Source: an uncultured virus (IMG/VR IMGVR_UViG_3300042546_000459)
Taxonomy: Duplodnaviria > Heunggongvirae > Uroviricota > Caudoviricetes
IMG/VR virus record: IMGVR_UViG_3300042546_000459
Direction: 5' to 3' (one strand)
DNA: 20,000 nucleotides
The position numbers and the translations under genes are program-made. The notes under the pieces were generated by a model, which made no database searches, had not been told where the DNA came from, and saw nothing but the letters and a program-made list of their open reading frames with translations. This document shows, one piece after another, positions 9,802 to 14,625 of this stretch; positions within the stretch are counted from its first letter, which is position 1; each line of letters begins with the position of its first letter.

Positions 9802-10458
9802 ATGGCTGAAGAAGGAACTTTTGTATCAAAAAGAGTTGGAAGAAGGAATTGTGGGGATAAAGGTATTAAAGGACCATTCTCTACAAAGTTTGATTATATC
9901 TTAAAGTCCTTAACTGGAGATGATGATTATCCTAAAGAGGCATGTACTCCTTGGATTCATTACAACGTTAAAGTTGGTAATTTAAAAGCAGATCAAATTG
10001 TTCAGGCTGCAGATGTTAAAACTTCTGCAGTGTACTCATTGAATGCAAAGTCTGCTATTTGGGATGCTAAAAAATCTTTTGATATTCAGCACCCAACTAA
10101 ACCAGATCATCGTCTTAGATATATTTGTCTCGAAGGTCCAACAGCAGATGTATATCTGAGGGGTAAACTGATTAATGAGTCATACATTCAACTACCAGAT
10201 TATTGGAAGAATTTTGTTGATATGGACAATTTGGTAATAAATTTAACACCAAATGGGCATTGGCAAGAATTATTTGTTGATAAAATTGAATGGGGAAATA
10301 AAATCCACATCAAAAATAATGCAGGAACTGCAATTAATTGTGATTATGTTGTATTTGGTGAGCGTATTGATACCACTAAAAATATTTCTGAATACCAAGG
10401 CTTGACACCAGCGGACTATCCAGGAGATAATAGAGAATATAATATCAACGGTAAGTGA
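9802..10458 (+). CDS. Paralog of the upstream tail/spike-associated protein
   Basis: 218 aa with SD GGAGG upstream (~9790). 'KSFDIQHPTKPDHRLRYICLEGP...YLRG....IQLPDYW..FVD....INLTP...EYQGLTPADYPGDN' aligns by eye with the C-terminal half of 9020..9799. Confidence 0.6.
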   Translation: MAEEGTFVSKRVGRRNCGDKGIKGPFSTKFDYILKSLTGDDDYPKEACTPWIHYNVKVGNLKADQIVQAADVKTSAVYSLNAKSAIWDAKKSFDIQHPTKPDHRLRYICLEGPTADVYLRGKLINESYIQLPDYWKNFVDMDNLVINLTPNGHWQELFVDKIEWGNKIHIKNNAGTAINCDYVVFGERIDTTKNISEYQGLTPADYPGDNREYNINGK

Positions 10459-11132
10459 TGCATAGAGTACATGAAGCATTTCCTCTGATTGTTTATCAGG
10501 GAATGGTGGAATCTCACGATAAAATTAAAATTTATTTAGAAGAACTTCGTGATTATTGGTTTGATGGATATCAAAATGAAAGTCCAGAGTATTCTGGTAG
10601 AATTTTTGCACATCAAAATAAAATTTATCGTCCATTTTTTGAAGAACTTCGTACTCATGTAGATAATTATTTTGAATATCTTAATGTAGATTATTCAAAA
10701 CTTGATTATCATATCATCAAATCTTGGGTAGGATATCATAAAGATGATGAGACTCCATCAATCAAACCTCATAATCACAATGCATCTGATTTGAGTTTTG
10801 TTTTTTATGTTAAAACTGATGAAACTTCGGATAAATTTTGTGTAGCACAAGAAAAAAATCTTAATGAGTGTGTTGGTGATATGTTCACTGAGGCATTGCA
10901 AAAGAATTTAATCACTGGATATAATCGTTATAATTGTAATGTATACAGTATTACTCCAATAGAGGGAAGTGTAGTAATCTTTCCTAGTAAAATTGGGCAT
11001 TTTACTCAAAAATTTACTGAGAGGAAGGGTGAACGTCTTGTGATTCCTGGTGATATTCGTGTTACTTTAAAACCAGAACATCCAGATTATCACCAAGGGT
11101 CTACTCACCCATCCCAGTGGTTACAACTTTAG
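10458..11132 (+). CDS. Putative 2OG-Fe(II) oxygenase (TIGR02466-like)
   Basis: ATG 10458 overlaps the upstream TGA (TGATG). It carries the motifs 'SW......','HNH...LSFVFYV','P.EG.VVIFPS...H' and 'R......I' of the HxH-type double-stranded beta-helix oxygenases common in cyanophages. Confidence 0.8.
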   Translation: MHRVHEAFPLIVYQGMVESHDKIKIYLEELRDYWFDGYQNESPEYSGRIFAHQNKIYRPFFEELRTHVDNYFEYLNVDYSKLDYHIIKSWVGYHKDDETPSIKPHNHNASDLSFVFYVKTDETSDKFCVAQEKNLNECVGDMFTEALQKNLITGYNRYNCNVYSITPIEGSVVIFPSKIGHFTQKFTERKGERLVIPGDIRVTLKPEHPDYHQGSTHPSQWLQL

Positions 11133-11841
11133 TGGGTTCATATTTTGTATAAATTTTTTGAACGTTAGACATCCAAGGTTCATCTCTCATTTTCCAATCC
11201 ATATCATAATCGAGTGTGATATGTGCTGAACCAATATACCTATCGATGTATGATTTGATTAGGGTTTCTCCAATAGAGACATCACCCCAATCATTATCAT
11301 GCATTATTTTTATTTTTGTATATAATTTAAGATACTTCTTCATCCAATAATAATTACCGTGGGCAAAGTAATCAACATAAGAATCTTCTGGATTGCATGG
11401 TCCTGGATGAACCTTCCATACAGGTAAAACTAAATCTTTATCTGATTGAAGATTGAAATTTTTTATTGATAAATCTGCTCTACATTTAATAATAATATCA
11501 TATTCTTTTGGTTCAAAAAGATATAATCCAAGAAAGTTTGTATACCACTGTCTTAGTATTCTATAAGACCATTCTCTTCCATGTGCTTCTAATCCATTTG
11601 ATTTGAATTCAAAATTTGGAAGAGATTCTTTATCTCTAAACAAATAATTTTTTGGTTTATATTTTTCTATTACTTTATTTACATTTACTTGGACTATTTC
11701 AGACCCCATGTAAAGTTCAGAGTAAGTATATGAACTAATATATACATCTGCCGAATACTTATCAATTATATTTTGTTTTATGTTTTGGAAGTGGTTCTCC
11801 CAATTCCTCATATATCCAGTTAATAATAGAGCAACTTTCAT
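11101..11841 (-). CDS. Putative glycosyltransferase-like / sugar-modifying protein
   Basis: 246 aa. 'MKVALLLTGYMR', 'DVYISS', 'YDIIIKCRADL', 'DYFAHG' and 'ETLIK.Y' fit a pattern of GT-A-like viral proteins. It is the only plausible minus-strand gene in the window. Confidence 0.55.
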   Translation of the reverse strand: MKVALLLTGYMRNWENHFQNIKQNIIDKYSADVYISSYTYSELYMGSEIVQVNVNKVIEKYKPKNYLFRDKESLPNFEFKSNGLEAHGREWSYRILRQWYTNFLGLYLFEPKEYDIIIKCRADLSIKNFNLQSDKDLVLPVWKVHPGPCNPEDSYVDYFAHGNYYWMKKYLKLYTKIKIMHDNDWGDVSIGETLIKSYIDRYIGSAHITLDYDMDWKMRDEPWMSNVQKIYTKYEPTKVVTTGMGE

Positions 11842-11862
11842 TTCGATTAAAAATGTGATATA

Positions 11863-11874
11863 TATAAATTTATA
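11863..11874. promoter_or_regulatory. Palindromic late-promoter-like element between divergent genes
   Basis: TATAAATTTATA is a perfect palindrome that gives TATAAATT (1 mismatch to the T4 late TATAAATA) on both strands, within a 46-bp divergent intergenic gap. Confidence 0.4.
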
Positions 11875-11887
11875 ATGATAATTTAAA

Positions 11888-12664
11888 ATGTCTGAACTTG
11901 TAAATTTATTAACATTAGAAGCATCTCAGTTAGAACAAAATTCTGAAGGACTTCCAGAATATCGTGATAGAGCTGCTGGATTGGCTGCTTCTTATAGATT
12001 GCCATCAAAACAATTTGATGACTTGGCATTAAATCTTTTAACATCTGCAAATGCAGCAAAAGTTACTGCAGTATCTTTAGGTGGTAATACTGGATTAAAT
12101 ACTGCATGTTACACTGCAGATACATCTTGGATTACTTCTACATATGGAAGTCTTGTTGCTAGTGTTGGTGTTGCATCTGCAGCGTCTTTAGGTGTTGTTG
12201 GACTGGGTTCAATATCAATTGCTTATGGTGTAATTAAAGGTGATGTTCTAGAAGCATATACTTATCCAAAAGTGGAGAGTTTGGATGTAAGTGTTGAAAA
12301 TCCATTTGTTGGTGAAGGATATGTTACTGTAAATTCTGGTAATTCTGGTATTGGTAAAGATACTAGATATACTATAAATGGTGGATCTGTGATTGGGAAT
12401 GTTTTTGCAGTATCCGTGGCAGGAACTTGTGGTGGGTCTACTATTGCGAGTAATGTGTCACCACTAAAAATTCAATACACAAATTCATCTGCTGGAATTT
12501 CTTCTTATAATACTTTAGCAACTAAAGTAAAAAAATATAAGACTGAATATGAATTTCATGTGTGGTCTTATAATAGGAAAATAAAAGAAAATGATGATGA
12601 TTCTGCAGATCAAATTGTAGTTGCAGGAATTCTCACCGACCCTGTGTATGGTGGACCATACTAA
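11888..12664 (+). CDS. Hypothetical protein, probably virion structural
   Basis: 258 aa, Gly/Ser/Thr/Val-rich core flanked by helical ends. Codon style matches neighbouring genes. Confidence 0.7.
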   Translation: MSELVNLLTLEASQLEQNSEGLPEYRDRAAGLAASYRLPSKQFDDLALNLLTSANAAKVTAVSLGGNTGLNTACYTADTSWITSTYGSLVASVGVASAASLGVVGLGSISIAYGVIKGDVLEAYTYPKVESLDVSVENPFVGEGYVTVNSGNSGIGKDTRYTINGGSVIGNVFAVSVAGTCGGSTIASNVSPLKIQYTNSSAGISSYNTLATKVKKYKTEYEFHVWSYNRKIKENDDDSADQIVVAGILTDPVYGGPY

Positions 12665-12671
12665 GGGGGGG

Positions 12672-12700
12672 TTGACAACCCCCAAAGACCCTGCTATTAT
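12672..12700 (+). promoter_or_regulatory. Sigma70-type (early) promoter with extended -10
   Basis: TTGACA (12672-12677), 17-bp spacer, TG at 12692-12693, TATTAT (12695-12700). Confidence 0.8.
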
Positions 12701-12732
12701 ATGGAGGTAAACAACGCAAAACCTTGATAAAT

Positions 12733-12939
12733 ATGATTGATGAAAACATTGATGAATATTTGACTCGTTGCGTTGTTGATACCAGTACACGAACCTTTTT
12801 AATTTACTCAAATCTGGGTGACGAAAAAGTAATTGAGTGTTCTAATAGTGAAGAGTTCTTAAATGTTCTTTCTTTTGTGAGAGGTGTTCTTGGTGAAGAC
12901 ATTCTTGTTTATGCCGATCCTCTTGTAAAGAACAACTAG
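12733..12939 (+). CDS. Small acidic hypothetical protein
   Basis: 68 aa from ATG 12733 (MIDENIDEYLTRCVVD...), downstream of the promoter and ending 1 nt before tRNA-Gly. The start codon is uncertain. Confidence 0.7.
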   Translation: MIDENIDEYLTRCVVDTSTRTFLIYSNLGDEKVIECSNSEEFLNVLSFVRGVLGEDILVYADPLVKNN

Positions 12940-12940
12940 T

Positions 12941-13011
12941 GCGGGTGTGGTGTAGCGGTAACATACCATCCTTCCAAGTTGTAGTCACGGGTTCGATCCC
13001 CGTCACCCGCT
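12941..13011 (+). tRNA. trnG: tRNA-Gly(TCC)
   Basis: Acceptor GCGGGTG/CACCCGC, D stem GTGT/ACAT, anticodon loop CT-TCC-AA (12971-12977), T arm ACGGG-TTCGATC-CCCGT, discriminator U. CCA is not encoded in register. The anticodon stem has 2 mismatches. Confidence 0.9.
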
Positions 13012-13082
13012 TACCAAAATTTGGATTTAATTCCATTTTTGGTCGAAAAAAATTCCGCCAAAATTTGCTAAAAAACCTTTTT

Positions 13083-13292
13083 ATGAATCCTTATAAAATT
13101 TCTTATAGGAACCTGTGCGAATCTGTAGTTAAAACAACTCCAGAAAATGTTAAAGAAGCAAATGAAGGTTTATTTAACTGTACTATGACATTGCCATCTG
13201 CTGCTAAGCATTGTGGTATGTCTCAAAAAGAAATGAAATTAACTTTTTATGAATATTTAAAGTATAATCCTTCTACTTATAAATTTGATTGA
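13083..13292 (+). CDS. Small hypothetical protein, possible helix-turn-helix
   Basis: 69 aa from ATG 13083 (MNPYKISY...). 'MTLPSAAKHCGMSQKEMK' has an HTH-like pattern. The longer ORF-track version runs through the tRNA. Confidence 0.7.
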   Translation: MNPYKISYRNLCESVVKTTPENVKEANEGLFNCTMTLPSAAKHCGMSQKEMKLTFYEYLKYNPSTYKFD

Positions 13293-13336
13293 GGGGAATA
13301 TCTAAAGGGATTGAGCATAACTCTCCGCCCCTCATA

Positions 13337-13344
13337 TATAAATA
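13337..13344 (+). promoter_or_regulatory. T4-type late promoter
   Basis: Exact TATAAATA, intergenic, 13 nt before ATG 13358. Confidence 0.7.
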
Positions 13345-13357
13345 AATGGTGATTCTT

Positions 13358-13627
13358 ATGAAGTATAGAATCGATACCACATATTGTTGGTATAATAAAG
13401 GAAGTATGATTGTAAAAATGTATTTTATCAATCACATACCATTCACTTTTGATGAACTTCCATCTATCTCTTTAGAAGATCCAGAATTAATCTCTATCGC
13501 TGACAAAAATAGAAGATACGATCCAGAAGATTTGTATAAAACTTCTTTTTATTTAATTGATGAACAAGCACATCCATGCTTGTTTCCGATAGAACTGGAA
13601 AATCCAGAAGATCTTCCAGTAGATTAA
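13358..13627 (+). CDS. Hypothetical acidic protein
   Basis: 89 aa from ATG 13358 (MKYRIDTTYCWY...). The alternative ATG 13346 is too close to the late promoter. Confidence 0.75.
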   Translation: MKYRIDTTYCWYNKGSMIVKMYFINHIPFTFDELPSISLEDPELISIADKNRRYDPEDLYKTSFYLIDEQAHPCLFPIELENPEDLPVD

Positions 13628-13631
13628 TGTA

Positions 13632-13663
13632 GTAGACCTTATAAATAAAACAACACGGTCTAC
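13632..13663 (+). promoter_or_regulatory. Late promoter inside a translation-sequestering hairpin
   Basis: GTAGACC (13632-13638) / GGTCTAC (13657-13663) inverted repeat enclosing TATAAATA (13640-13647). The 3' arm ends 1 nt before the HNH ATG. Confidence 0.75.
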
Positions 13664-13664
13664 C

Positions 13665-14081
13665 ATGTTAGGAACTTGCTCTTATTGTTCGCAAAAGTTT
13701 AAGTACAAACCATCACAACAAAGTGGTAAGTATTGCTCTAACACTTGTCAGCAAGAGATTCAAAAAAGACAAAGGATTTCTGAGTGGTTATCTGGGGGAA
13801 AACTTCCAGGTAAAACTACACTAAGAGAATATCTCACAGAAAAACACGGCTATAAATGTTCGTGCTGTGGGATAACTGAATGGAACAATAACCCAATCAG
13901 TTTAGAGGTTGACCATATTGATGGAAACCCCTATAATGATAGTCCTGACAATCTCAGGTTTATCTGTCCTAACTGTCATTCTCAAACACCTACATATAAG
14001 GCAAAGAATAAAGGTAACGGCAGAGTTCATAGACGTGAGAAAGCAAAATTAGATTTTCATAAACAAAAAATATGCTCCTAA
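13665..14081 (+). CDS. Free-standing HNH (putative homing) endonuclease
   Basis: 138 aa. N-terminal CxxC...YCSxxC zinc-binding motif, then 'CSCCG...LEVDHIDGNPYNDSPDNLRFICPNCHSQT' HNH core. Confidence 0.92.
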   Translation: MLGTCSYCSQKFKYKPSQQSGKYCSNTCQQEIQKRQRISEWLSGGKLPGKTTLREYLTEKHGYKCSCCGITEWNNNPISLEVDHIDGNPYNDSPDNLRFICPNCHSQTPTYKAKNKGNGRVHRREKAKLDFHKQKICS

Positions 14082-14146
14082 AGCATTTAGTGGCGATGTA
14101 CCTGACTTGTAATCAGGAGAGGATGGTTCAATTCCGTCTGGGAGCT
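14074..14146 (+). tRNA. trnT: tRNA-Thr(TGT)
   Basis: Acceptor GCTCCTA/TGGGAGC, D stem GCAT/ATGT, anticodon stem CCTGA/TCAGG with loop CT-TGT-AA (14106-14112), T arm GATGG-TTCAATT-CCGTC. No encoded CCA. Confidence 0.9.
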
Positions 14147-14166
14147 TAAGTTTTATAAAACTTCAA

Positions 14167-14322
14167 ATGTCACTAATTTCACAACGAGATCGAGATGTTG
14201 CTATTGAAGCACTCAATTTTTATATCTTTAGTAAAGGTGTTGATTTTACTGAAGAAAAAAGAATGGAAATCAATGCCCTTATTAATTGGTTGAAGTTGGA
14301 GAAATCTAAGAATGAAAATTAA
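14167..14322 (+). CDS. Small hypothetical protein (51 aa), not in ORF track
   Basis: Manual translation MSLISQRDRDVAIEALNFYIFSKGVDFTEEKRMEINALINWLKLEKSKNEN*. Helical, fills the gap after the tRNA and overlaps the next start. Confidence 0.7.
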   Translation: MSLISQRDRDVAIEALNFYIFSKGVDFTEEKRMEINALINWLKLEKSKNEN

Positions 14323-14476
14323 TTTGTGGTATTGTAAAGATATGAATCAGTGGCGTTGGACATTGACTGATGATTATCGTCCCGTTGTCAAACAGGAATC
14401 TGGTCAGCAACCAGAATTAAGAGTTGCCATGAATGATATCGCAACTACTGTAGAATATATGCTTGACAACCATTAA
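14312..14476 (+). CDS. Small hypothetical protein (54 aa), not in ORF track
   Basis: Manual translation MKINLWYCKDMNQWRWTLTDDYRPVVKQESGQQPELRVAMNDIATTVEYMLDNH*. Overlaps the upstream ORF by 11 nt. Confidence 0.7.
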   Translation: MKINLWYCKDMNQWRWTLTDDYRPVVKQESGQQPELRVAMNDIATTVEYMLDNH

Positions 14477-14491
14477 AATTTCTCTTATAAT
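14463..14491 (+). promoter_or_regulatory. Perfect consensus sigma70 promoter
   Basis: TTGACA (14463-14468), 17 bp, TATAAT (14486-14491). Confidence 0.85.
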
Positions 14492-14497
14492 TAATAA

Positions 14498-14562
14498 TGC
14501 GATACTAATTCGCAGTGACCCAAAAAGTGTGACGGTAGAACCCTCCTTGTGAGGGTTTTATT
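14498..14562 (+). ncRNA. Candidate ~65-nt small RNA
   Basis: Begins at the expected TSS of the consensus promoter. 5' hairpin TGCGA/TCGCA, single-stranded linker, then an intrinsic terminator. No convincing ORF. Confidence 0.55.
14539..14562 (+). terminator. Rho-independent terminator
   Basis: AACCCTC-CTTGT-GAGGGTT followed by TTATT. Confidence 0.75.
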
Positions 14563-14588
14563 GTATTTCTATTGCGGATTTTTAAGTG

Positions 14589-14596
14589 AATAAATA
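14589..14596 (+). promoter_or_regulatory. Late promoter (NATAAATA) for the giant structural gene
   Basis: AATAAATA, intergenic, downstream of the terminator and 29 nt before ATG 14626. Confidence 0.55.
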
Positions 14597-14625
14597 AAAC
14601 ATAATAGAAATCTTAGTATAATAAA

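Noticed and set aside
9398..10458. Possible DGR template/variable repeat or invertible cassette in the paralogous C-termini
   Set aside because: Similarity is at the protein level with many synonymous changes that are not adenine-specific. There is no reverse transcriptase or recombinase in the window.
1495..10479. Minus-strand ORFs 1495..1818, 2747..3013, 5886..6161, 6212..6454, 6492..6815, 6904..7386, 7468..7656, 8637..8903, 10270..10479
   Set aside because: All are antisense shadows of well-supported plus-strand genes, with biased composition and no recognisable motifs.
13014..13016. CCA near the tRNA-Gly 3' end as an encoded CCA tail or att site
   Set aside because: Offset by 2 nt from the discriminator. 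No integrase or duplicated tRNA end was seen.
12515..13036. Minus-strand ORFs 12515..12811 and 12842..13036
   Set aside because: Antisense to real genes, the promoter and tRNA-Gly. 'RVTGIEPVTTTWK' is the typical translation of an antisense tRNA.
12939..13082. 5' extension of the 117-aa ORF
   Set aside because: Reads through the tRNA-Gly gene. The real start is likely ATG 13083.
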